DNA of 64,000 nt from Craspedostauros australis (taxonomy: Eukaryota), in contig JALAGF010002086.1 in the NCBI GenBank assembly GCA_030167865.1, positions 1 to 64,000 on the forward strand. Direction: 5' to 3'. Positions within the stretch are counted from its first letter, which is position 1. Every line of letters starts with the position of its first letter. The position numbers and the translations under genes were made by a program. The notes under the pieces are model-generated. The model was not told the origin of the DNA, did no database searches, and saw only the letters and a program-made list of their open reading frames with translations. Of this stretch, positions 1 to 9,406 are shown one piece after another.

Positions 1-1836
1 AGTGGTACCCATCAATCCATAGTCAACGACCAGCTCACGCATGAGGAACTGAGCCGTGTCAGTATCGAAGCGTTCGAACTTGATCGCATACTCCATCTGG
101 TATGTTCTGGCGATGAACTCTGAATTCTCTGCTGGCCTTCTTGTCGATTGGAAGAGAAGAGTTGCGAGTACACGCGATGCCACGAGCACTCGACGACTGG
201 GATCGTTCATGAGATCCTTCAAGGCAGCGTCCCGCATGAATGTGGCAAAGACCTCCGAGATGATATCATTCTGCTCTTGTGGGTTTTTGTTTGGTTTCTT
301 GTTGTTGGAGCGCTTGCGCTTGAGTACAGCCACGAAGATGGAGGCCATGCGTGCGTTTGTAGAAATGATGGCATTGACGAGAGGGAATTCATACATCTCT
401 CTGTACGAGTCCACCGAGCCCCATTCCATTCTGTTGAGGACTCCGTAGACTCCTCTGGGTTCTTCTTTTGCTGAAGTGCTGTAGCATTTATACCTGTGGA
501 TCGCTTCTCCCGTGATATATTGCGCCACATCAGCTGCAGCAATGGAGAACAGGACTCTGACATGCAGCGTTTTCAATGGACTTTTGAGAGATCTGAGCTT
601 GAGAGGTGTTGGAGAATGGACATCCGCTGGATGACTTTCGAATTGCAATGCATCATCGGGGCATCCATGCATGATGAACAGTCCTAATAATTCCCCAAAC
701 CAGGAGTATTTTGCGATGATAGCTGTGATGAGGTTTGGGCAATTGTTTGCTTCATCGATCGCAACGACGATCTGGAGGGTCTCCCTGTCACGCCCACGTT
801 GTGCCTCACGCTGTGCCTCACGTTGTGCCTCACTCTGCGCTGCACGCTGTGACTCACGCTTCTCGTCCAGATCCAGTAAGAAGCTGCGAAACCTCTTGAA
901 GTTGGATTCATCCTGCATCAAAGTTGATTTGATTTTCGATGCAAGGAAAAGCAGAGAATCTCTTTCTCTGTATTCACACTGGGTATACGTCGACATCCCA
1001 TTGCCGCGACTTAGAGCGCTGTGACCATCAGGAATCAACGGCACATCTTCCACATCAGTCAACATGATGGTGAAGAGAGCCTCTCTTGTGTAGCTGCTCG
1101 CCGCGAGCTCCACAGTCTTCCCACTACCTCTCTCCTGATTGTACACATGGACTATAGTTTTGCCATAACGGTCTCGGTTATGGCAACTGATGAAGATCTG
1201 TGTTGGAGATGTGTTGGGCCTTCCTTCATGTCGAAAGTCGGGGCTGCCGATGTAGTAGACACAACCGTCACAATCTAACACGTGCCGGTAGGACTCGTAC
1301 CTTAGACCTTGAAAACCTTTGGTGTTGTTGTTATCGTGGATCTTGTTCAACAGTTTGAGAACCGATTCTCGGGGCTTGGCGGGGTCGATGAGCTTGCGAT
1401 CTTCGTTGAGTTGACGCGCAACGGAGAGGACACCATGATGGACTGTTCCGTGGACACGAAGCCAAGCCAGGAGCCATCGGCCGGCCATGAGGTGGCCATA
1501 CCACATTGTGTATACCAAGAGATCATCCTCCAAATCCGAGAAGTCGCCACCACACTTGCTGATCAGATTTAGAATGGACTGTCTGTGAGATGTCTCGGCG
1601 CGAGTTCTCCTTTGGAGCCAACTATCAGGAATCTGCGTTGGTTCGTTCGCACCTTGTTTTCGTCGGCGTTCCTCGATGTCTGCCTTTATCAGCGTTTGCA
1701 TTTCAGGTGTTTCGAGATTCCACATGCCAGACCAGAAGTCTACGCTATCGAGAATCGGATTAAGGGTGGCAAGTGTTTCTTCATCCTCCACCATTGGCGC
1801 TGGAACGTGGACGTCCATCGACTCTGGCTCTGACAT
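1..1836 (-). CDS. Uncharacterised P-loop NTPase domain protein (Crinkler/RHS- or STAND-like); 3' end lies outside the window
   Basis: Translated by hand: ATG at 1836 (upstream in-frame stop at 1855-1857) and no stop down to base 1, 612 codons (MSEPESMDV...DYGLMGTT). Walker A-like IVHVYNQERGSGKT (~1114-1155) and Walker B QIVVAIDEA (~748-774). Absent from the ORF track because there is no stop inside the window. Confidence 0.75.
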   Translation of the reverse strand, partial: MSEPESMDVHVPAPMVEDEETLATLNPILDSVDFWSGMWNLETPEMQTLIKADIEERRRKQGANEPTQIPDSWLQRRTRAETSHRQSILNLISKCGGDFSDLEDDLLVYTMWYGHLMAGRWLLAWLRVHGTVHHGVLSVARQLNEDRKLIDPAKPRESVLKLLNKIHDNNNTKGFQGLRYESYRHVLDCDGCVYYIGSPDFRHEGRPNTSPTQIFISCHNRDRYGKTIVHVYNQERGSGKTVELAASSYTREALFTIMLTDVEDVPLIPDGHSALSRGNGMSTYTQCEYRERDSLLFLASKIKSTLMQDESNFKRFRSFLLDLDEKRESQRAAQSEAQREAQREAQRGRDRETLQIVVAIDEANNCPNLITAIIAKYSWFGELLGLFIMHGCPDDALQFESHPADVHSPTPLKLRSLKSPLKTLHVRVLFSIAAADVAQYITGEAIHRYKCYSTSAKEEPRGVYGVLNRMEWGSVDSYREMYEFPLVNAIISTNARMASIFVAVLKRKRSNNKKPNKNPQEQNDIISEVFATFMRDAALKDLMNDPSRRVLVASRVLATLLFQSTRRPAENSEFIARTYQMEYAIKFERFDTDTAQFLMRELVVDYGLMGTT

Positions 1837-2366
1837 GTTTCTGTTGATGGTTGTTCAATGAAACTGTTGGAGGCAACGGAACGGTACCGGCAGGAGGCAG
1901 CAGAGTCCCGGTGTTGACGTTGACGTTGGTATTGATGTTGGTGTTGGCGGAAGCAACGATGATGTATCTGATTGCGATCGCTTTGACTTGACTTGTTTTG
2001 GTTTGACTTGCTTTGGCTTGAGATGAATTGACGAAGTGTTGGTGTTATGCAGTGTTGTCAGCATTTGGTACCTGCAGGTGCAGCGGCGTGTGCTTTCTCC
2101 GGGACTTCTCACCTGCTGTTGTCGTTGCGAGGGTGTGGTTGGTTCCGATGGTTGAGCCTTTGTGGTATTGGCTGTGATTGTGATTGTGAGTATGGTCTTG
2201 ATTGTTTTTATGAGTGGAGAGAGGCACAAGCGCAAGCGCAATCACAAGTGGAGGACTTATGTGTGGCTTGGTTGATCTCACGCACATACTTCGTTGTTTG
2301 GGTTGACGACTCTGTTTCATGAAATACATCCTTGTATGACTGTCACAATACGATCGTGCTTGTGCT

Positions 2367-2410
2367 CGCACTCCGACTCGTACTCGTACTCGTACTCGTA
2401 CTTGTACTCG
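2367..2410. repeat. (CTCGTA)n-type hexamer microsatellite
   Basis: actccgactcgtactcgtactcgtactcgtacttgtactcg. Confidence 0.8.
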
Positions 2411-3509
2411 CAGTATGTATGATCTCTGGCTCAGATTGAGGTTTTCATGATACCAGTCGATCGTACGTTTGTTCTCCAACAACATATTATATTACATCGT
2501 ATTGCACAATGAATACAAGTGAGATCATGAAGTGGAGTTGAAGCATCTTGATCATGATTAAAATCCATCAGATCGTCTGTGATTCATGTCTCTGGGCCAG
2601 CGGGGGCCTCTCAGTTGGATGGTGTCTTGTGGGTTTGCGTCAATGGATTGCCTCATTTGTTTCCGTTGATCAACTGTTTGCGTTGTTGTGGTTGTGGTGG
2701 CAGTTTTGGATCCGTTTTCGATCTTTTCGTCGAGAACAAGCCAAACGACGGAATCAGAGAACATCAACAGCAGCGTTACCAAGCCTATCGCGGATAGACT
2801 CTCCCCGAACATCCGATTAGGTTCAACGCATCAACCCATCAACACCAATCTATCGATGACTGATGTTCAACCGTTGCTCAGGTTCTACCACATCACAATG
2901 GCGACTAGTCTGGGCTCCATGGCTGTACGTACTCTCTTTTGCACTTCAGTTGCAGAAATCGATTCAAACATCTGTTAGTGGAGCATTCGCTGCGGAGCGC
3001 GCTCGGTGGTATCGGTCCTCGTCGGGAAGATCTTTGCATGGTCGTCCACGCGCCATGGAGAGAGGACTATTCTGTTCTGATACTCTACGAATAGGCACGA
3101 TACTCAAATCGAATCTCTTCATGTGTTGATGATGAGGCCACCCCCTATCTTGGGAGCAAGAGCACTTGCACATACTGATGGAATATGTTGCTCTGCTCCG
3201 ATGTCGCGGCATTCGTGGTGGTGTTTTGCTCTACAAATCCAGGTCATAGTCTACGTGATGCAAACTAGTCCAAGCTGAGGCACGCGTCTGACCGTCTGTC
3301 AGATGCCAACAGCAACAAGAAAGCAAAAAAGACACCAGCACAACAACACCAAAGAGAGCGAAACAGAAACGACCATGACGAACACCCCACCCTGCCGCAT
3401 CACAGTTGTTGTTGCCCCACCAGTACCAGCACAAGTCTCACCGTCGCTGAAGTGCGAGCGTCAGACATCGGCACAACGATAGACACAGCAACAACAGCGT
3501 ATCACCACC

Positions 3510-4206
3510 ATGAGCGTCCGTCCAGACCCAAACTTCATCCCCAAGCAGGATGCTGCTCCAGTGGGTGGCTTCATCAAGGTGCGTGAAGTGGAACTGGAAT
3601 GATGCTTGCGCAGGTCACGGCAGAGATGGTTTTGGCGGAAGGATACGACATCAGCCTGACCTTGACCAATGGCTTGTGGAGTCGAACTCGTGGTTGTTGA
3701 CAACGGCACACTCACCGACTTCTATCGTCATGTTGTCCTCTCTGTTTTCCTTTCCGCGCTGCGTTCATGCTCGCTTCGATCATGTGTTTTGCACCCGTTT
3801 CCCCTGATCAATTGATCAACTAATCATCCATCGCGCAATCCACGGACGGCTGCTGTCTTCACAGACCGCTCTGGAGAAAACCTCCCCAGCCCGCGGTTTC
3901 AAGGGATGGCAGCTGTTCCTTGGCAGCAGCGCCCTGATCTTCTGGGGATTCTCAAGAGTCGGCGCTGGCAACAAGAAGCGCAGCGAACAGCATCTGTTCG
4001 AACGTCAACAGAAGTACACCTTGGCGCCATTGCTGCAATCCGAGGCAGACCGCGAGTACTTGATGCGGGAGAAGCTCCTGCTGGAGAGAGAGTCGAAGAT
4101 CATGGAGGAGGTTCCAGGATGGAAGATTGGTGGATCCACCTACCACGGTACTCGATGGACTCCAGCGCATGTCTGCGACACCGATAAGGCGTACCAAAAG
4201 AAGTAG
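3510..4206 (+). CDS. NDUFA13: NADH dehydrogenase 1 alpha subcomplex subunit 13 (GRIM-19/B16.6), 2 exons
   Basis: Exons 3510-3578 and 3865-4206 with a GT..AG intron join in frame: MSVRPDPNFIPKQDAAPVGGFIK|TALEKTSPARGFKGWQLFLG..(TM)..LAPLLQSEADR..MEEVPGWKIG..RW. Matches the GRIM-19 motifs QDxPPxGG, PLLQAExDR and VPGWxVG. Confidence 0.9.
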
Positions 4207-5024
4207 GGTGCGGCAGCGCACAAGCATGGTAGGCACGGAATTTCATTTACTCTCTGCTCCGTTTTTGTGCATTGCACGTCCTCCAGAGTGTGGGGTGCCA
4301 GTATCCCGATCGAACAGCAACAACGTTACTACGCCCGTATTGCCGCTACAACAAGACATCGAGCAGGAACAAGAGGAGGGACAGAAGGATGCGCACTCAC
4401 ATGTCTTCCGGAACGCAAGATAACTCGTTTTGCCGCCTTACCACAAGTACCAATGGAGCAACGACAAATGCAAGGCTCCTCAACACTTTCATCAACGGCC
4501 GACCCAAGTACGTCGTGGAGTCCTACATACCCCGAGGATGATAGCATCTTCATCTGCGGCAGGAACGCCAACAGTACCGTGGCATGCTCCTACTCCTCCG
4601 TCTGCAGCACAGAAGAGCATGAACACCAGCATGCACTACAATAGCAGGTTTGGGACATGACAATGTCATATCCCATGAACCGAGAGTACTTGCCACGAAG
4701 CCAGTATTAGCTTGTTTCATTGTTGACAACAGTGTTGCTTCTCACTTCGTGCAACCGCATGTCAGTGGTCGCCTGTCTATCCTCAGTCTTCAGATCTGAT
4801 GCCTGGCTGTCACGCTCGACTGCCTAATTAGTTTGCCTCCATTGAGCGAGCACCCGGACGACCATGTCTCGCACGATCGTAACGAAGGCCATCCAATTGT
4901 ATCGCTAAATACTCGAAGGTAGAATACGTCTTGGCCGAGAGCAGATTACTTCACTCCACTGGACTCGATCCCAACTCGCCGGCATTCGGCCTGAACGCAA
5001 CTGCACAACCGGATGTCCGTGTCT

Positions 5025-6206
5025 TCACCGACGCTTGTAGATACATGGTTTGGCAGTATATTTCAAATTGCCATCCGGATCGTTGCCATTCTTCTTCAAT
5101 TCCATCGTGAGAAACATCTTGTTGGATCGATCCGTCGTGATACAGGCAAAGCCGAGCTTGTCCAGCATCTCTTTGAACTCTTGCAATGACCCGTTGGCAT
5201 CGATGCGCGAACGCACTTCGGCGATCTTGACGCGACCATCCGGTTTGAGAACACGGTGAGCTTCTCGAATGAAATCGGCAAGGTTGGTGCCCATCAAGGA
5301 CAGGCAGAAGATGCAGGCATCGACGGATTGATCCGGCAACGGGACGTTGGCCATGTCGCAGGGTGTGATGTACGGATTGCCATTGGCCACCAAATCGAAG
5401 GAATGGACCTTGTACTTTGCAGGTTTGCTGTCGTTGCCGCTCTCATCTTGCGTCTTGAGATCCTTTGCCAGTTGAGCATCGCCGCAACCAAAATCAGCAA
5501 TCACGCAGCGTTTGCGTGTTTTGTACTTTTTGTGGATCCACTGCACCAAAACGTCGACCGGGTTGATGGGCCAATTCTCCACTTGATGGCGGAACCCATC
5601 GTGATACTGCTGAAAAAGATCGGGGTTGTTTTGAAACCGTGCGAAGGAATCCTGCGATGTGGTGGTGTACAGTTCTTCGTTGAGGATGCGGAACCGAGAA
5701 CCTGACAGCCTCGATTTGAATTCTTCCTGCAGCGAGCTTCTGGATTTCCTGGAGGATGCTGCGCTTGCTTTTGCTTGCATGGGTGATTGGTTGGAATCGG
5801 AGGGAGCTGCGTTGTCTTGCGTATCGGTACCTTTCCGTGACGACTTTTGCCTCGTTTGATTGCGCTGCGCGGTCATGATGGCAGCATTCTCCGCACTTTG
5901 TCTCCTCTGCTTTGCCAGCAAATTGCGCATGCGCTTCTTCTTGCTCTTGCTCCATTTTGCTTCGCCATTCCCTTCTGAGCTGCCATCTGCGGTATCGGGC
6001 TGCTTCTTCGGCGTTGAATCGTTCTGATTGGATTTCGATTTCGATTGGCGTGATTTGGACGGTGAATGCTTGGCCTTCTTCGATGCGCTGTCGTTGCCTT
6101 TGGTCTCGTCTTCCTTTGGCTTGTTGGATTTCTCGCTCGACGGATCTTGGCTCGTCTTGCCTCCTGCCTTCAGCAGCTCATTCCGAGATCGCTTGCGTTT
6201 TGCCAT
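5025..6206 (-). CDS. RRP8: Ribosomal RNA-processing protein 8 (SAM-dependent rRNA methyltransferase, nucleomethylin)
   Basis: Motifs SRFRILNEELYT, YHDGFRHQVENWPINPVD, ADFGCGDA, FCLSLMGTN, IAEVRSR and C-terminal PCIYKRR. Lys-rich N-terminus; likely ATG at 6206. Confidence 0.93.
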   Translation of the reverse strand: MAKRKRSRNELLKAGGKTSQDPSSEKSNKPKEDETKGNDSASKKAKHSPSKSRQSKSKSNQNDSTPKKQPDTADGSSEGNGEAKWSKSKKKRMRNLLAKQRRQSAENAAIMTAQRNQTRQKSSRKGTDTQDNAAPSDSNQSPMQAKASAASSRKSRSSLQEEFKSRLSGSRFRILNEELYTTTSQDSFARFQNNPDLFQQYHDGFRHQVENWPINPVDVLVQWIHKKYKTRKRCVIADFGCGDAQLAKDLKTQDESGNDSKPAKYKVHSFDLVANGNPYITPCDMANVPLPDQSVDACIFCLSLMGTNLADFIREAHRVLKPDGRVKIAEVRSRIDANGSLQEFKEMLDKLGFACITTDRSNKMFLTMELKKNGNDPDGNLKYTAKPCIYKRR

Positions 6207-7060
6207 CCTTGCGAAGATCCTGATCGTGATAGTTCGGAGTGGCTGTGGCTGTGACTGTAGACTTGGATGTATGAGAGTGACGAGTGTGAAGTATAGCACG
6301 AGTATGTACCCATGATACTTGTCGTGGTGCCAACCTCCTCTTGATGCTGGATGTGATGGTCAGAGGGTTGCTGAGAGAAGGAGCCGACTCCATTTCAGAT
6401 CGTCGTCACAGAAGCGGCGCAAAAAATGAGAACGGGATTTTGTTGGTTGTGGCGCTATTTTCGATCAGATCGAATGCTTGACGTCATCATGACATGTGAT
6501 TGGATGATGAAAGTGATGTCACCAATTGCGATTTTTAGTCTTGCTTGTGCAACAACAGAAGAATCGGACGAATTCGCCGAACCGTTCTTGTTCTGTTGAT
6601 GTCGTCGTCATCATTGCGATCGTCGCCACCAACATGATGCCAAGAGTGTCTGACATCTGGTTCGTTTCGGCTTCTTGTGTGTTCTGCTTGAGCAGCTTGT
6701 CGCCCTTGGGAATTCTTTCTTCTCTCTTGCGTTGGATTGCTCTTGTTTGGTCACTATTGCTGACACCTCTCCTCCCACACACCGCATCGAACACGCTCCG
6801 CCCCGTTCGCAAGCAGAGACGCGCCATTGCCGCAAACCGCAATAACAGCAACAAACCAACTCACACCCACCATACCCCGCAGCGAACTGCCCCGCTCTTC
6901 ATAGTACCATGCGTCGATACATTCTCGCAGCTGCACTCCGTCAACTCCTCCACCAGTCTTCACTCCTCCCGGACATAAAACGCTCCTGCCACAGAATTGC
7001 CAAGAACATCTGAATAGCACCATCGCAACACTCGAACTGAATCCAACAGCAACCATCACA

Positions 7061-7477
7061 ATGACCAAATCAATCAGCACCCAGCCAAGATTTACAATCA
7101 CGTTTATCGCTACGTTTGCGCTGATCTTCACCACAACGATGCCATCATTCTCGTCCGCGCTGTCGCCACCCAACATGGACCCGAGCAGCGTGCTGCATTC
7201 TGGCAGCGCCGATCCGTCGCTCCTGGCCGGATACTCGTACGGCGAATCCTGCCTGTTTGGAGGGCAGTTTACGGGCGGCTTCAACCCGTTTCTTGACGAG
7301 GATACCGCCTCTGCACATTCGGGCGTCGGCAGTCCATCGGCTGGTCCATCAACGATGACCATGCCGCCGCAGCAACCCAAGGCGCATCGCCGCAGCGTTG
7401 GGATGTCGGCAAACTCAAAGACGTTTTCGTCCGAATACATGTCGCCTGCAGCCTTCGTTCCAAAGAGTTCATTTTGA
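7061..7477 (+). CDS. Hypothetical small protein with a possible signal peptide
   Basis: 138-aa ATG ORF with a hydrophobic N-terminus (FTITFIATFALIF..FSSA), preceded by a CA-rich UTR-like leader. No family recognised. Confidence 0.4.
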   Translation: MTKSISTQPRFTITFIATFALIFTTTMPSFSSALSPPNMDPSSVLHSGSADPSLLAGYSYGESCLFGGQFTGGFNPFLDEDTASAHSGVGSPSAGPSTMTMPPQQPKAHRRSVGMSANSKTFSSEYMSPAAFVPKSSF

Positions 7478-8089
7478 TGCTTGTTGGCAAGGACTCACCG
7501 CTCCCATTCATCGATGCTCATCAGCACAAACAATCTTTCATTCACAACAGCTGCACCATAGAAACAAATAAATATAAACCAACTCAGCAACACCAGCGCA
7601 ACGACACATGGACACATAGATAATCAATCTGCGAGCTTTCTTGTTCCAACGATGAATCCACATAGCCAAACAACAAGATGATGACATGAACCCAAAATAA
7701 GAATTCCGAATGGTTTTGGCAAAATTGAAATAGGTCTTTGCTAAAGACGTTTCGAGTCAAATTTATTGAACAATGACCCATTCGAGACGACAAGTCGAAA
7801 TGTTCGATTCGACAATCATATTTTTCGCATCTCCTAAATCCAATACAATGACCGCCGCAACCAAGCCCAATCATAGCTTCTGCCGCAACTCGCATCGCCT
7901 GCATCATTTCTGGCACAAACTGACTCTGTGTTCAACTCACCAAGGTGGAAGACCTTGCACGTACGCAACGTCGACCAACCAAGCACATCAACGATGGATG
8001 CCGACATCGTTCAAACAGAAGCATCATACCTCGAGAGGTAGTCGTACCACCATTCGCTCAGGGCTCGTACTACAACCACCGGCTTCCAA

Positions 8090-9232
8090 ATGATGTGGGC
8101 TTGCACAAATGGAAGGAACAAGCGACGCGTGGCGGTGTTGATTTGCATCGCACTCGGTCTCGTTACCTTTGTGCTCTTGCAATTGACACTGCATCAATGG
8201 CTTGCACATCAGACCCATCCATCGCCAGGCACAATCCAAGATCAGAAGGAGGCAACACTCCTCATGCCATCATCGTCATCATCCTCATCGTCAGCAGCAG
8301 CAGTGACATCAACTGCTGGGGTCGGTCGACCTTCCGCGTCCAACGCGAAGATCCCTGCATTGCCCATCCAGGGTTGGAACATCACGGATGATATCAGCTG
8401 GATCCTGGATTTCGCAATCGTCGGATTCCCCAAAACGGGTACCTCCACGTTGATGCTGTACCTCAAACAGTACACCGACTCCATCTTCATCTTCAGCCAG
8501 GAGCGTTGCGAAATGGGATACAACCAGCACGTCGTCGTCTTCAAAGATTTGTACAAGCAGTTCCGGCAGTCGCAACAAAGCCGCCGCCTCATGGGATTGA
8601 AGTGTCCGCGCGATTTGGAAGTCGATCTGGCGTTGCACAACTACAATCAGTTCTTGCCGCGCACCAAATTCATCGTGGGCATACGGCATCCCGTCCTCTG
8701 GTTCCAATCCTTCTACAACTTTCGCATTCACAATGAATTCGAACTACCACCGCCATCGCGATTGATTGGAAGATGCAAGACAGCCAACAAGGGGGTCTGT
8801 ACTCAGCGTGCCAACTTTGCCAAGCATCTGCAAAAGATTGAACAGTGGCGACCGGTCTTTCTGTACGATGTCACGCAATTGCAACAGCGCACGGGTTCGT
8901 CCGGCAGATTTCGAAACAATTTGCAGCAATTTCTGGGTCTGGAGCAGCCCATGACGAAGGAGATGATATGGATCAAACCAGGCCGGACGTTGTTGGCAGA
9001 TGCCAATGGAACTGACACCAATGCGATCGCTGCTATTGCAGAGAAGAAGATCAACATTTGTGATGCGCAGCACGATAGCGTGCGAGAAGTCTTGCAGCGG
9101 CATGCGCAAGAGTCGGCCGAGTGGATTTTGCATCATTTCTTGGAGGAGTGGAATGTGCAAGTTCCCTGCGTCGATCAATTTCGCGCCATCATGGACACAT
9201 GGAAACAGGATCCTTGCCCAACTCGATCGTGA
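8090..9232 (+). CDS. Type II membrane sulfotransferase (heparan sulfate O-sulfotransferase-like P-loop fold)
   Basis: N-terminal TM (VAVLICIALGLVTFVLL), 5'-PSB motif DFAIVGFPKTGTSTL and 3'-PB motif GIRHPVLWFQSFYNFR. Confidence 0.85.
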   Translation: MMWACTNGRNKRRVAVLICIALGLVTFVLLQLTLHQWLAHQTHPSPGTIQDQKEATLLMPSSSSSSSSAAAVTSTAGVGRPSASNAKIPALPIQGWNITDDISWILDFAIVGFPKTGTSTLMLYLKQYTDSIFIFSQERCEMGYNQHVVVFKDLYKQFRQSQQSRRLMGLKCPRDLEVDLALHNYNQFLPRTKFIVGIRHPVLWFQSFYNFRIHNEFELPPPSRLIGRCKTANKGVCTQRANFAKHLQKIEQWRPVFLYDVTQLQQRTGSSGRFRNNLQQFLGLEQPMTKEMIWIKPGRTLLADANGTDTNAIAAIAEKKINICDAQHDSVREVLQRHAQESAEWILHHFLEEWNVQVPCVDQFRAIMDTWKQDPCPTRS

Positions 9233-9406
9233 TCTCTTTGTGCCTCGACGTGCATCTATTCTTTGGAAAGCTACGGTATCGCGGAGAGATTCTGAAAGAC
9301 TTGTTGACAAGCGTAGTGTACGAGCATGATAGTACTCTTCTCTATTCGACAATCACGTAGATTCGACCCTTGCACAGTCAACGCTCGTCGAACACCCTCT
9401 TCTGCG

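Noticed and set aside
56-1861. Many short plus-strand ORFs in the track
   Set aside because: They are shadows of the long minus-strand NTPase frame (1836 to 1).
2548-3212. Short ORFs on both strands, one with a hydrophobic N-terminus
   Set aside because: No recognisable motif, no consistent splice model and no clear coding bias.
4267-4660. Overlapping short ORFs downstream of NDUFA13
   Set aside because: No motif and no convincing start; probably UTR or intergenic.
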